A stretch of DNA of 64,000 bases, taken from NCBI GenBank assembly GCA_950097015.1, contig CATNEN010000026.1, positions 1,679,269-1,743,268 of the forward strand, written 5' to 3'. Shown here one piece after another: positions 26,301 to 39,500 of this stretch. The notes beneath the pieces were generated by a model. It was not told where the DNA came from and did no database searches. It was given only the letters and a program-made list of their open reading frames with translations. Both the position numbers and the translations under genes were made by a program. Every line of letters starts with the position of its first letter. Position 1 is the stretch's first letter. The DNA is from Macrostomum hystrix. Lineage: Eukaryota; Animalia; Platyhelminthes.

Positions 26301-26449
26301 AAAATTATTTAGACCGATCCGTCATCCTGACGCTGGACTTTCTATGGAAGGTGTCCGCCATCACAGCGGTCAGCGCCATACCGATTGTGGCTCTGAAGCT
26401 AATCCGTTACCTCATGAGTCCGCCTATCGCTCACAAACTGCAGGCGTAA
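17349..26449 (+). CDS. ATP9: P4-type ATPase / phospholipid flippase, ATP9A/B-Neo1 subfamily; join 17349-17539, 19841-20245, 21012-21583, 22674-22840, 23003-23619, 24033-24396, 24997-25278, 25395-25914, 26313-26449 (~1083 aa after removing three single-base insertions)
   Basis: Motifs [33 protein letters not shown] (phosphorylation site, 22808), [32 protein letters not shown] and C-terminal [13 protein letters not shown]. All introns are GT-AG. As written, the reading frame is broken at ~19908, ~20229 and ~22699, so it may be a pseudogene or an assembly error. Confidence 0.88.
20678..20899 (-). mobile_element. SINE family A, degenerate copy
   Basis: Shares aataattgattacacctgcc...cagtccatggactgggagggg...aattgttccagtg with the 9876-10180 copy. 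Confidence 0.75.
21660..22606. repeat. Minisatellite, 35-bp unit
   Basis: Unit cagctagtcatgagccccatgcaccgtcattactt, in ATP9 intron 3. Confidence 0.97.
23668..23920. repeat. Minisatellite, 35-bp unit, about 7 copies
   Basis: Unit gatcccaaaaggcaagaactgcataatctctccca, in ATP9 intron 5. Confidence 0.93.
25955..26243 (+). mobile_element. SINE family B copy
   Basis: Same head, body and tail as 11068-11428; lies in the last ATP9 intron. Confidence 0.85.
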
Positions 26450-27514
26450 TTATTTAACTATTTTTATTCTGACGCCTAACAATAATCGAACAAATAGTCT
26501 AACATTGATTTGCTGTGATCAATCAATTTATCTATCAATCAATCAATTTATCAATCAATAAACTAACCAGTGATTTTTCTAACAATATTTTAGTTCCGTT
26601 GGCTCAACTGGCGGGCCAATAGTATGATAATTAATGATCTCGGCATTGGCAGACACGATCAGAGACCAGCCTGCTTCTAACCAGAACTTCCGCTAATAAT
26701 TCTTCAACATTCGATCTAACCCCGCCACAATTTTTCTATTGCTTCCAGTTGCTTTCAGTTTTTATCTATTGTAAAGTTTAGAAAGCTGCGGTCACAATGC
26801 CTTGCTTAAAATTTTAAAAATAAAAATTGAATTATAATTTTAAAAGTGTGAGTATCTAGTTTATCATTATTAATCGGTTATAAGTGTTCTTAGAAACACA
26901 GGCACAGGCTAAAAGTGCACACATTTGCACTCTAGCATGAGTAGACATTCCAATACATGTATATTTTTACCTCGCGTAGTTTATTTGTTAAGCAAAGCTG
27001 ATTTTTTCATTTGTTCTTTTTGCTGTCTCAATTAACTTAAGCTCTGTATTCTTTTACACATATTATCAATTTTACCCAGTTTTCAGTTTTTGCCTGTGTT
27101 ATTCGCTTGTTTTATACATGTCTCTATCAACTAATATTCCATCCGATGCTACACTTTTAATTTAAAATTATTATCAATTGCAAAGCAGATTCTTAGCTGA
27201 ATGAACAATTATTTTATACAGTTGACAACACTGTGCTCAATTGCTCAGTAAGCTTATGCAATAATGATTTTCGTCTTCATTCTTTTTATAGTTTTCAATA
27301 TCGAATAGTCAAGTTTAGCTTAGACAAATGCTTTATACCCGACTACATTGTATTTCTCTATTTCTAGATACTCTACTTCCTTCTCTACCGGAAACAGAAA
27401 ATGTTTTTCTCTGGGTAGTCTCATCCTAACCATTCACTATTTTACTGCTTCATTTTATACTGCTCCGTTTCGTTCAATTCTAAGCAGCCCTATTTACTTA
27501 GTTCTAAGCACCCC

Positions 27515-28258
27515 ATTTAGCCTGTTCTAAGCACTCTATTTCATTATTTCTGAGCACTCTATTTCATTATTTCTGAGCACTCTATTTCATTATTTCTGAG
27601 CACTCTATTTCATTAGTTCTGAGCACTCTATTTCATTATTTCTGAGCACTCTATTTCATTATTTCTGAGCACTCTATTTCATTAGTTCTAAGCACTCTAT
27701 TTCATTAGTTCTAAGCACTCTATTTCATTATTTCTAAGCACTCTATTTCATTAGTTCTAAGCACTCTATTTCATTATTTCTAAGCACTCTATTTCATTAG
27801 TTCTAAGCACTCTATTTCATTATTTCTAAGCACTCTATTTCATTAGTTCCGAGCACTCTTTCATTAGTTGTGAGCACTCTTTCATTAGTTCCGAGCACTC
27901 TTTCATTAGTTCTGAGCACTCTTTCATTAGTTCCGAGCACTCTTTCATTAGTTGTGAGCACTCTTTCATTAGTTCCGAGCACTCTTTCATTAGTTCTGAG
28001 CACTCTTTCATTAGTTCCGAGCACTCTTTCATTAGTTCTGAGCACTCTTTCATTAGTTCCGAGCACTCTTTCATTAGTTCCGAGCACTCTTTCATTAGTT
28101 CCGAGCACTCTTTTATTAGTTCTGAGCACTCTTTCATTAGTTCCGAGCACTCTTTTATTAGTTCTGAGCACTCTTTCATTAGTTCCGAGCACTCTTTCAT
28201 TAGTTCCGAGCATTCTTTCATTAGTTCTGAGCACTCTTTCATTGGTTCTGAGCAGTCT
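27515..28258. repeat. Minisatellite, 23-bp unit switching to 21-bp unit
   Basis: gagcactctatttcattatttct (23 bp) up to ~27850, then gagcactctttcattagttcc (21 bp). Confidence 0.96.
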
Positions 28259-28437
28259 TTAGAAATTTCTTACTTAATCCAAATTAGTCTGTTTCTATCT
28301 AGTATAAGTCCGTTCATTTTTTAAACCTAGGTGTCACTCATCTCTATAATTACTCAGCCTCCTTGTCACTCCGTGTCATAGAATCGCCTAGAATGTATAC
28401 TAACCTGCATTCCCGCCCGCAGCAACAGCGCTAAGCC

Positions 28438-29100
28438 ATGGGTCGCCGTCCAGCCCGCTGCTATCGCTACTGCAAGAACAAGCCCTACCCGAAGTCGCGC
28501 TTCTGCCGCGGTGTCCCGGATCCCAAGATCCGCATCTACGACCTGGGCAAGAAGAAGGCTCGCGTTGACGAGTTCCCCCAGTGCGTGCACATGATCTCGG
28601 ACGAATACGAGCAGCTGTCCGCCGAGGCCCTGGAAGCTGCCCGCATCGCCGCCAACAAGTACCTGGTGAAGAGCTGCGGCAAGGACAGCTTCCATCTGCG
28701 CGTCCGCGTTCATCCGTTCCACGTCACCCGCATCAACAAGATGTTGTCCTGCGCCGGCGCTGATCGCCTCCAGACTGGCATGCGCGGCGCCTTCGGCAAG
28801 CCCAACGGCCTGGTGGCCCGGGTCAACATCGGCCAGGTCATCATGTCGGTGCGCGGCAAGGAGGGCAACGTCAACTCCATGGTTGAGGCATTCCGCCGAT
28901 CCAAGATGAAGTTCCCCGGCCGGCAGAAGATCGCCGTCAGCCGCCGCTGGGGCTTCACCAAGTGGGACCGGCCCGACTACGAGCGGATGCGCGCCGAGGG
29001 CCGTCTGCAGCCAGACGGTGTCGGCTGCAAGTACCTGCCCGAGCACGGACCGCTGGACAGCTGGAAGCAGGTCCAGGCCGCTATGCGTATGGCCAGCTAG
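28438..29100 (+). CDS. RPL10: 60S ribosomal protein L10 (uL16), CDS without introns, 220 aa
   Basis: [40 protein letters not shown]...[23 protein letters not shown] is unmistakable. The ORF is intact with strong C/G-ending codon bias. Confidence 0.98.
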   Translation: MGRRPARCYRYCKNKPYPKSRFCRGVPDPKIRIYDLGKKKARVDEFPQCVHMISDEYEQLSAEALEAARIAANKYLVKSCGKDSFHLRVRVHPFHVTRINKMLSCAGADRLQTGMRGAFGKPNGLVARVNIGQVIMSVRGKEGNVNSMVEAFRRSKMKFPGRQKIAVSRRWGFTKWDRPDYERMRAEGRLQPDGVGCKYLPEHGPLDSWKQVQAAMRMAS

Positions 29101-29397
29101 ATCTGGTGCTGGTGACCGCAAATAGAACTCTATGCAATGTGCTCTGAGTGTAGTCTTTAAAGTAGACTTGTGAGATGAGACACAAATATACCGCCAAGAA
29201 AAATGCTATTGTTTTTTTGACGCTGTTGTCCGCGCGTTACAGATGTGGAAAGAGAAAACTAGTCGGTTGTACTTTGCTGACTTGTAGTTCTGATTGCGTC
29301 GTTTCTTATTTATTTTAACTGATCTTTGTGCGAAGCAAACGAGAAGTGTTAGGAAGGAAGCAATTTATTGTCTTTGCTTCCTTCCTTCCTGTTTAAC

Positions 29398-30143
29398 TGG
29401 GAACAGTTTATTGTCGATGCTGGGAACAGTTTATTGACGATGCTGGAAACAGTTTATTGACGATGCTGGAAACAGTTTATAAATGATGCTGGAAACAGTT
29501 TATTGACGATGCTGGAAACAGTTTATAAATGATGCTGGAAACTGTTTATTGACGATGCTGGAAACAGTTTATAAATGATGCTGGAAACAGTTTATAAATG
29601 ATGCTGGAAACTGTTTATTGACGATGCTGTGAACAGTTTATAGTCGGTGCTGGAAACAGTTTATTGACGATGCTGGAAACAGTTTATTGACGATGCTGGA
29701 AACAGTTTATAAATGATGCTGGAAACTGTTTATTGACGATGCTGGAAACAGTTTATAAATGATGCTGGAAACAGTTTATAAATGATGCTGGAAACAGTTT
29801 ATTGACGATGCTGGGAACAGTTTATAGTCGGTGCTGGAAACAGTTTATTGACGATGCTGGAAACAGTTTATTGACGATGCTGGAAACAGTTTATTGACGA
29901 TGCTGGAAACAGTTTATTGACGATGCTGGAAACAGTTTATAAATGATGCTGGAAACAGTTTATAAATGATGCTGGAAACAGTTTATTGACGATGCTGGAA
30001 ACAGTTTATTGAAGATGCTGGAAACAGTTTATTGACGATGCTGGAAACAGTTTATTGACGATGCTGTGAACAGTTTATAGTCGGTGCTGGAAACAGTTTA
30101 TTGACGATGCTGGAAACAGTTTATTGACGATGCTGGAAACAGT
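29398..30143. repeat. Minisatellite, 23-bp unit
   Basis: Unit gacgatgctggaaacagtttatt with aaatgatg and agtcggtg variants. Confidence 0.96.
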
Positions 30144-30552
30144 TGCAATGCTCTTCAGTTCTATTGTTCAATGTGTGGTGTGGCAATGCAGAAAAGCAAT
30201 TCTTTTTGTGTCCTGGTATCATTTGCCAATCAGACAAAATCTAGTTCTTAAATAACCGATAGCAACTAAGAAACTTGTTGGGTTTTTTAACTGCACGGGG
30301 TAGCCTACTGCAGTTGCACTTGCATATGAGCATAAAGCTAAAAATAACACTTTGAGATGTTGCCTTGCGTGTCGGACGTTAGGAAAAATCCTATTGGATC
30401 ATAGCCTAGCCAATACCCTTAACCCACATGGTAAAACTTCATTCATTCCATGCTTTGCATTTTAGTATTGCCCTGAGCGACTGTATAAATTTATCAATAC
30501 ATCCAGACTTAATTACAGTTTATTGCTCTGAAAATATTCGACCTGTCCAGAT

Positions 30553-33500
30553 ATGATACTGCCATCATCGACAAAATTCTCCGCACAGCTAGTCAGCCTT
30601 GCCGTCACATTCTCTGCTATCGAAGTGATTCGATCTGCGTCAACTTGCAACACCTGTGAGCACACTCTTATACCAGATCACCAGCTTGAGCAGATGGCTC
30701 CAGATCAACAGTTTGAGCAGATGGCTACAGATCCCAGTTTGAGCAGATGGTTCCAGACCACCAGTTTGAGCAGATGGTTCCAGATCCCAGTTTGCGCAGA
30801 TGGCTCCAGATCCCAGTTTGAGCAGATGGTTCCAGATCCCAGTTTGAGCAGATGGTTCCAGATCCCAGTTTGATCAGATGGTTCCAGATCCCAGTTTGAG
30901 CAGATGGCTCCAGATCAACAGTTTGAGCAGATGGTTCCAGATCACCAGTTTGAGCAGATGGCTCCAGATCACCAGTTTGAGCAGATGGCTCCAGATCCCA
31001 GTTTGAGCAGATGGTTCCAGATCCCAGTTTGAGCAGATGGCTCCAGATCACCAGTTTGAGCAGATGGTTCCAGATCCCAGTTTGCGCAGATGGCTCCAGA
31101 TCCCAGTTTGAGCAGATGGTTCCAGATCACCAGTTTGAGCAGATGGCTCCAGATCCCAGTTTGAGCAGATGGCTCCAGATCCCAGTTTGAGCAGATGGTT
31201 CCAGATCCCAGTTTGAGCAGATGGCTCCAGATCACCAGTTTGAGCAGATGGTTCCAGATCACCAGTTTGAGCAGATGGTTCCAGATCACCAGTTTGAGCA
31301 GATGGTTCCAGATCACCAGTTTGAGCAGATGGTTCCAGATCCCAGTTTGAGCAGATGGTTCCAGATCCCAGTTTGAGCAGATGGCTCCAGATCCCAGTTT
31401 GAGCAGATGGTTCCAGATCCCAGTTTGAGCAGATGGCTCCAGATCAACAGTTTGAGCAGATGGTTCCAGATCACCAGTTTGAGCAGATGGCTCCAGATCA
31501 CCAGTTTGAGCAGATGGCTCCAGATCCCAGTTTGAGCAGATGGTTCCAGATCCCAGTTTGAGCAGATGGCTCCAGATCACCAGTTTGAGCAGATGGTTCC
31601 AGATCCCAGTTTGCGCAGATGGCTCCAGATCCCAGTTTGAGCAGATGGTTCCAGATCCCAGTTTGAGCAGATGGTTCCAGATCCCAGTTTGAGCAGATGG
31701 CTCCAGATCCCAGTTTGAGCAGATGGTTCCAGATCCCAGTTTGAGCAGATGGCTCCAGATCACCAGTTTGAGCAGATGGTTCCAGATCACCAGTTTGAGC
31801 AGATGGTTCCAGATCACCAGTTTGAGCAGATGGTTCCAGATCCCAGTTTGAGCAGATGGTTCCAGATCACCAGTTTGAGCAGATGGTTCCAGATCCCAGT
31901 TTGAGCAGATGGTTCCAGATCCCAGTTTGAGCAGATGGCTCCAGATCACCAGTTTGAGCAGATGGTTCCAGATCCCAGTTTGAGCAGATGGCTCCAGATC
32001 ACCAGTTTGAGCAGATGGTTCCAGATCACCAGTTTGAGCAGATGGCTCCAGATCACCAGTTTGAGCAGATGGCTCCAGATCCCAGTTTGAGCAGATGGTT
32101 CCAGATCCCAGTTTGAGCAGATGGCTCCAGATCACCAGTTTGAGCAGATGGTTCGAGATCACCAGTTTGAGCAGATGGTTCCAGATCACCAGTTTGAGCA
32201 GATGGTTCCAGATCACCAGTTTGAGCAGATGGCTCCAGATCCCAGTTTGAGCAGACGGTTCCAGATCACCAGTTTGAGCAGATGGTTCCAGATCCCAGTT
32301 TGAGCAGATGGTTCCAGATCACCAGTTTGAGCAGATGGTTCCAGATCCCAGTTTGAGCAGATGGCTCCAGATCACCAGTTTGAGCAGATGGTTCCAGATC
32401 ACCAGTTTGAGCAGATGGCTCCAGATCACCAGTTTGAGCAGATGGCTCCAGATCACCAGTTTGAGCAGATGGTTCCAGATCACCAGTTTGAGCAGATGGT
32501 TCCAGATCCCAGTTTGAGCAGATGGTTCCAGATCACCAGTTTGAGCAGATGGTTCCAGATCCCAGTTTGAGCAGATGGTTCCAGATCCCAGTTTGAGCAG
32601 ATGGCTCCAGATCCCAGTTTGAGCAGATGGTTCCAGATCCCAGTTTGAGCAGATGGCTCCAGATCACCAGTTTGAGCAGATGGTTCCAGATCACCAGTTT
32701 GAGCAGATGGCTCCAGATCACCAGTTTGAGCAGATGGCTCCAGATCCCAGTTTGAGCAGATGGCTCCAGATCCCAGTTTGAGCAGATGGTTCCAGATCCC
32801 AGTTTGAGCAGATGGCTCCAGATCACCAGTTTGAGCAGATGGTTCCAGATCACCAGTTTGAGCAGATGGTTCCAGATCACCAGTTTGAGCAGATGGTTCC
32901 AGATCCCAGTTTGAGCAGATGGTTCCAGATCACCAGTTTGAGCAGATGGTTCCAGATCCCAGTTTGAGCAGATGGTTCCAGATCCCAGTTTGAGCAGATG
33001 GCTCCAGATCACCAGTTTGAGCAGATGGTTCCAGATCACCAGTTTGAGCAGATGGTTCCAGATCACCAGTTTGAGCAGATGGTTCCAGATCCCAGTTTGA
33101 GCAGATGGTTCCAGATCACCAGTTTGAGCAGATGGTTCCAGATCCCAGTTTGAGCAGATGGTTCCAGATCCCAGTTTGAGCAGATGGCTCCAGATCACCA
33201 GTTTGAGCAGATGGTTCGAGATCACCAGTTTGAGCAGATGGTTCCAGATCACCAGTTTGAGCAGATGGTTCCAGATCACCAGTTTGAGCAGATGGCTCCA
33301 GATCCCAGTTTGAGCAGACGGTTCCAGATCACCAGTTTGAGCAGATGGTTCCAGATCCCAGATTGAGCAGGCACAGTTCCAGATCCCAGTTTGAGCAGAT
33401 GGTTCCAGATCACCAGTTTGAGCAGATGGTTCCAGATCACCAGTTTGAGCAGATGGTTCCAGATCACCGGTTTGAGCAGATGGTTCCAGATCACCAGTTT

Positions 33501-36500
33501 GAGCAGATGGTTCCAGATCCCAGATTGAGCAGGCACAGTTCCAGATCCCAGTTTGAGCAGATGGTTCCAGATCCCAGATTGAGCAGGCACAGTTCCAGAT
33601 CCCAGTTTGAGCAGGCACAGTTCCAGATCCCAGTTTGAGCAGGCGCAGTTCCAGATCCCAGTTTGAGCAGGCACAGTTCCAGATCCCAGTTTGAGCAGGC
33701 ACAGTTCCAGATCCCAGTTTGAGCAGGCACAGTTCCAGATCCCAGTTTGAGCAGGCACAGTTCCAGATCCCAGTTTGAGCAGGCACAGTTCCAGATCCCA
33801 GTTTGAGCAGGCACAGTTCCAGATCCCAGTTTGAGCAGATAGTTCCAGATCACCAGTTTGAGCAGATGGTTCCAGATCCCAGTTTGAGCAGATGGTTCCA
33901 GATCCCAGTTTGAGCAGATGGTTCCAGATCCCAGTTTGAGCAGATGGTTCCAGATCCCAGTTTGAGCAGGCACAGTTCCAGATCCCAGTTTGAGCAGGCA
34001 CAGTTCCAGATCCCAGTTTGAGCAGGCGCAGTTCCAGATCCCAGTTTGAGCAGGCACAGTTCCAGATCCCAGTTTGAGCAGGCACAGTTCCAGATCCCAG
34101 TTTGAGCAGGCACAGTTCCAGATCCCAGTTTGAGCAGGCACAGTTCCAGATCCCAGTTTGAGCATGCACAGTTCCAGATCCCCGTTTGAGCAGGCACAGT
34201 TCCAGATCCCAGTTTGAGCAGGCGCAGTTCCAGATCCCCGTTTGAGCAGGCACAGTTCCAGATCCCAGTTTGAGCAGGCACAGTTCCAGATCCCAGTTTG
34301 AGCAGGCACAGTTCCAGATCCCAGTTTGAGCAGGCACAGTTCCAGATCCCAGTTTGAGCAGGCGCAGTTCCAGATCCCAGTTTGAGCAGGCACAGTTCCA
34401 GATCCCAGTTTGAGCAGGCACAGTTCCAGATCCCAGTTTGAGCAGGCACAGTTCCAGATCCCAGTTTGAGCATGCACAGTTCCAGATCCCCGTTTGAGCA
34501 GGCACAGTTCCAGATCCCAGTTTGAGCAGGCGCAGTTCCAGATCCCCGTTTGAGCATGCATATTTCCGCACCAAAATCAGGGCGCTACAAGTTTAGGCCG
34601 CTGGCGAACGGCAGCCACCTGGTGCAACCCGAAGCCGTCGCCAATTTCAGCCAACTCCAGCGTCGAACATTTCGTACAAAACTTGGCGGCGTTGAGTGCT
34701 CATCCGCCTGCGGACGGATGTACGAATGCCGGGCCTTCAGCTTCTGTCCTGACTTTGTCCAGTGCAGCCTCCAGCAGCAACAGAAGCAGCGGCAGCTCTT
34801 CGATGCCTGCGCAGTAGGCGACTGCATCCTCTATTCGAATTCGGGTCCTCCGTTTCCGTCACCTGCTTGCCAACAGCCCGTGATGCGAAAGTTTGGTGAG
34901 ATGCGGCTAGTTGAGTGACAGGAGAGGCAGAGGAGTGACAGGAGAGGCAGTGGAGTGACAGGAGACCTAGAATCTACTACCTAGAATTCTCAAGCTAAAA
35001 CTCACTACATAGAATTCTCTACCTAGAATTCGCTACCTAGAATTCGCTACCTAGAATTCGCTACCTAGAATTCGCTACCTAGAATTCGCTACCTAGAATT
35101 CGCTACCTAGAATTCACTACCTAGAACTAGCGACCTAGAATTCACTACCTAGAATTCGCTACCTAGAATTCACTACCTAGAACTAGCGACCTAGAATTCA
35201 CTACCTAGAATTCGCTATCTAGAATTCACTACCTAGAATTCGCTACCTAGAATTCGCTACCTAGAATTCGCTACCTAGAATTCGCTACCTAGAACTAGCG
35301 ACCTAGAATTCACTACCTAGAATTCACTACCTAGAATTCGCTACCTAGAATTCACTACCTAGAACTAGCGACCTAGAATTCACTACCTAGAATTCGCTAC
35401 CTAGAATTCACTACCTAGAACTAGCGACCTAGAATTCACTACCTAGAATTCGCTACCTAGAATTCACTACCTAGAATTCGCTACCTAGAATTCACTACCT
35501 AGAATTCGCTACCTAGAATTCGCTACCTAGAATTCGCTACCTAAAATTCGCTACCTAGAATTCGCTACCTAGAATTCACTACCTAGAATTCGCTACCTAG
35601 AATTCGCTACCTAGAATTCACTACCTAGAATTCGCTACCTAGAATTCACTACCTAGAATTCGCTACCTAGAATTCGCTACCTAGAATTCGCTACCTAGAA
35701 TTCGCTATCTAGAATTCGCTACCTAGAATTCACTACCTAGAACTAGCGACCTAGAATTCACTACCTAGAATTCGCTACCTAGAATTCGCTACCTAGAATT
35801 CGCTACCTAGAACTAGCGACCTAGAATTCACTACCTAGAATTCACTACCTAGAATTCGCTACCTAGAATTCACTACCTAGAACTAGCGACCTAGAATTCA
35901 CTACCTAGAATTCGCTACCTAGAATTCACTACCTAGAATTCGCTACCTAGAATTCGCTACCTAGAATTCGCTACCTAAAATTCGCTACCTAGAATTCGCT
36001 ACCTAGAATTCACTACCTAGAATTTGCTACCTAGAATTCGCTACCTAGAATTCACTACCTAGAATTCGCTACCTAGAATTCGCTACCTAGAATTCGCTAC
36101 CTAAAATTCGCTACCTAGAATTCGCTACCTAGAATTCACTACCTAGAATTTGCTACCTAGAATTCGCTACCTAGAATTCACTACCTAGAATTCGCTACCT
36201 AGAATTCACTACCTAGAATTCGCTACCTAGAATTCGCTACCTAGAATTCGCTACCTAGAATTCGCTACCTAGAATTCGCTACCTAGAATTCGCTACCTAG
36301 AATTCACTACCTAGAACTAGCGACCTAGAATTCACTACCTAGAATTCGCTACCTAGAATTCGCTACCTAGAATTCGCTACCTAGAATTCACTACCTAGAA
36401 CTAGCGACCTAGAATTCACTACCTAGAATTCGCTACCTAGAATTCACTACCTAGAACTAGCGACCTAGAATTCACTACCTAGAATTCGCTACCTAGAATT

Positions 36501-39500
36501 CGCTACCTAGAATTCGCTACCTAGAATTCGCTACCTAGAATTCTCTACCTAGAATTCTCTACCTAGAATTCGCTACCTTGAATTCACTACCTAGAATTCG
36601 CTACCTAGAATTCACTACCTAGAATTCGCTACCTAGAATTCACTACCAACAATTTCCTGGAAAACAATCTGGAGATGACAAACGCAAATACATAACGGTG
36701 CAAGAAAGTAAAGAACTGAAAGAATGACTGACACAAAGATAGATATGTTAGCTTAGACTCCAATCATTTACTCGTACATTATTGGCATAGGGTCACAGTT
36801 GTCTAAATTTTATGGGAGAAATGTATTGTAACGAACTCAACCGAGGTAAATGGAACTCAAGGAGAGAGTAGAGCTCCCATTCACGCGTTGCTGATCTCAT
36901 TAACGAATGTAACATTGTTTGTTTAATCTATTTAAACATAAAATTTCACTGTCTGCTTTGGCAAGGAATGTCGAAACTAAGATTAACGAGCAACAAACTC
37001 AATAGCAAAGAAACAATTCTCAAGAGGTAAAAAATGTTTGCATGTCCTTCTAGTAGGCTTCAATTGCTTGTAAAAAATCAATAGTCAGAATGACTATATT
37101 AAAGGATATTTAAATTAAAGTACAACTAGACAACTATTTCTCTTGGCTAGTGCTGAGAATAAACGGAGAATAATATCAGCCTTCAGAGTGACATTGAAGC
37201 ATTCAGTTTTAGCCTGACAAAAAATGCATGGCTAATTGGATTATAAGCTCATTATAAATTGATATTTATACCACGTAGATTTAGGCACTTTTTTAACCCG
37301 CACTAAGCAACAATGACCAAAATAGAATCATGCAAGCCCTACACACAACGCGTTGTGAATTGAAGCCTATAATGTCGCAATTAGAATTCACTGCTAGCGC
37401 ACTAAGCCCCCCTTGGGGGGGCACTACTGTTGAGGCAAAAAAATCTTGTGTAATGCAGAAGGACAAAACACACCTGAAAGCAAACAAAACCGAATTGAAT
37501 TCTCACTAAATAGAAAAATAGTTAGTCTGAGCTCGAATACATTCTGAGACATCCGGTCTGTACACCAAGAGCACTATTGGGGCAGAATTACACAAGAAAC
37601 TTACGTTTGATACTACTCAGCTTAATGCTACTAAGGTACATGTGAATACTATCCCCTCAGCAGCAGAGACCCAATGTCCCCTCAGCAGCAGAGACCCAAT
37701 GTCCCCTCAGCAGCAGAGACCCAATGTCCCCTCAGCAGCAGAGACCCAATGTCCCCCCAGCTACAGAGAACCAATGTCCCCTCAGCAGCAGAGACCCAAT
37801 GTACCCCCAGCTACAGAGAACCAATGTCCCCTCAGCAGCAGAGACCCAATGTCCCCCCAGCTACAGAGAACCAATGTCCCCCCGCCCAGCTACAGAGACC
37901 CAATGCCCCCCAGCTACAGAGACCCAATGTCCCCCCCAGCTACAGAGAACCAATGTCCCCCCAGCTACAGAGAACCAATGTCCCCCCAGCTACAGAGAAC
38001 CAATGTCCCCCCAGCTACAGAGAACCAATGTCCCCTCAGCAGCAGAGAACCAATGTCCCCCCCAGCTACAGAGACCCAATGCCCCCCCAGCTACAGAGAC
38101 CCAATGTCCCCCCCCCAGCTACAGAGAACCAATGTCCCCCTAGCTATAGAGAACCAATGTCCCCCCAGCTACAGAGAACTAATGTCCCCTCAGCAGCAGA
38201 GAACCAATGTCCCCTCATCAGCAGAGACCCAATGTCCCCTCATCAGCAGAGAACCAATGTCCCCCCAGCTACAGAGAACCAATGTCCCCCCAGCTACAGA
38301 GAACCAATGTCCCCCCCCAGCTACAGAGAACCAATGTCCCCCCCCCAGCTACAGAGAACCAACTTGTCCCCCCAGCTACAGAGAACCAATGTCCCCCCAG
38401 CTACAGAGAACCAATGTCCCCCCAGCTACAGAGAACCAATGTCCCCCCAGCTACAGAGAACCAATGTCCTCCCAGCTACAGAGAACCAATGTCCCCCCAG
38501 CTACAGAGAACCAATGTCCCCCCAGCTACAGAGAACCAATGTCCCCCCAGCTACAGAGAACCAATGTCCCCCCAGCTACAGAGAACCAATGTCCCCTCAT
38601 CAGCAGAGACCCAATGTCCCCTCATCAGCAGAGAACCAATGTCCCCCCAGCTATACAGAGAACCAATGTCCCCCCAGCTACAGAGAACCAATGTCCCCCC
38701 AGCTACAGAGAACCAATGTCCCCCCCCAGCTACAGAGAACCAACTTGTCCCCCCAGCTACAGAGAACCAATGTCCCCCCAGCTACAGAGAACCAATGTCC
38801 CCCCAGCTACAGAGAACCAATGTCCCCCCAGCTACAGAGAACCAATGTCCCCCCCAGCTACAGAGAACCAATGTCCCCCCCAGCTACAGAGAACCAATGT
38901 CCCCCCAGCTACAGAGAACCAATGTCCCCCCAGCTACAGAGAACCAATGTCCCCCCAGCTACAGAGAACCAATGTCCCCCCAGCTACAGAGAACCAACTT
39001 GTCCCCCCAGCTACAGAGAACCAATGTCCCCTCAGCAGCAGAGAGCCAATGTCCCCCCAGCTACAGAGAACCAATGTCCTCCCAGCTACAGAGAACCAAT
39101 GTCCTCCCAGCTACAGAGTACCAATGTCCCCCCAGCAGCAGAGAACCAATATCCCCCCAGCTACAGAGAACCAATGTCCCCTCAGCAGCAAATAGCCATG
39201 TCCACCCAGCAGCAGAGAACTAATGTCCCCCCAGCTACAGAGAACCAATGTCCTCCCAGCTACAGAGAACCAATGTCCTCCCAGCTACAGAGAACCAATG
39301 TCCCCTCAGCAGCAGAGACCCAATGTCCCCCAGCTACAGAGAACCAATGTCTCCCCAGCTACAGAGAACCAATGTCCCCTCAGCAGCAAATATCCAATGT
39401 CCACCCAGCAGCAGAGAACTAATGTCCCCCATTAGCAGAGAACTATCTGAGAAATAACTTTTACCGCCCTCCGTGTAGTGTCTCGCTACGAGTCCTGCGT

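Noticed and set aside
28366-29121. 251-aa antisense ORF over RPL10
   Set aside because: Shadow ORF expected from strong C/G-ending codon bias on the sense strand.
30725-34574. Multiple 350-430-aa Cys/Trp-rich ORFs
   Set aside because: Products of the 26-28-bp tandem array in intron 1 of the FReD gene.
37642-39457. Pro/Gln-rich 500+ aa ORFs resembling mucin or adhesive proteins
   Set aside because: Open in all three frames with frame switching by variable C-runs. The flanking FReD exons splice in phase without them.
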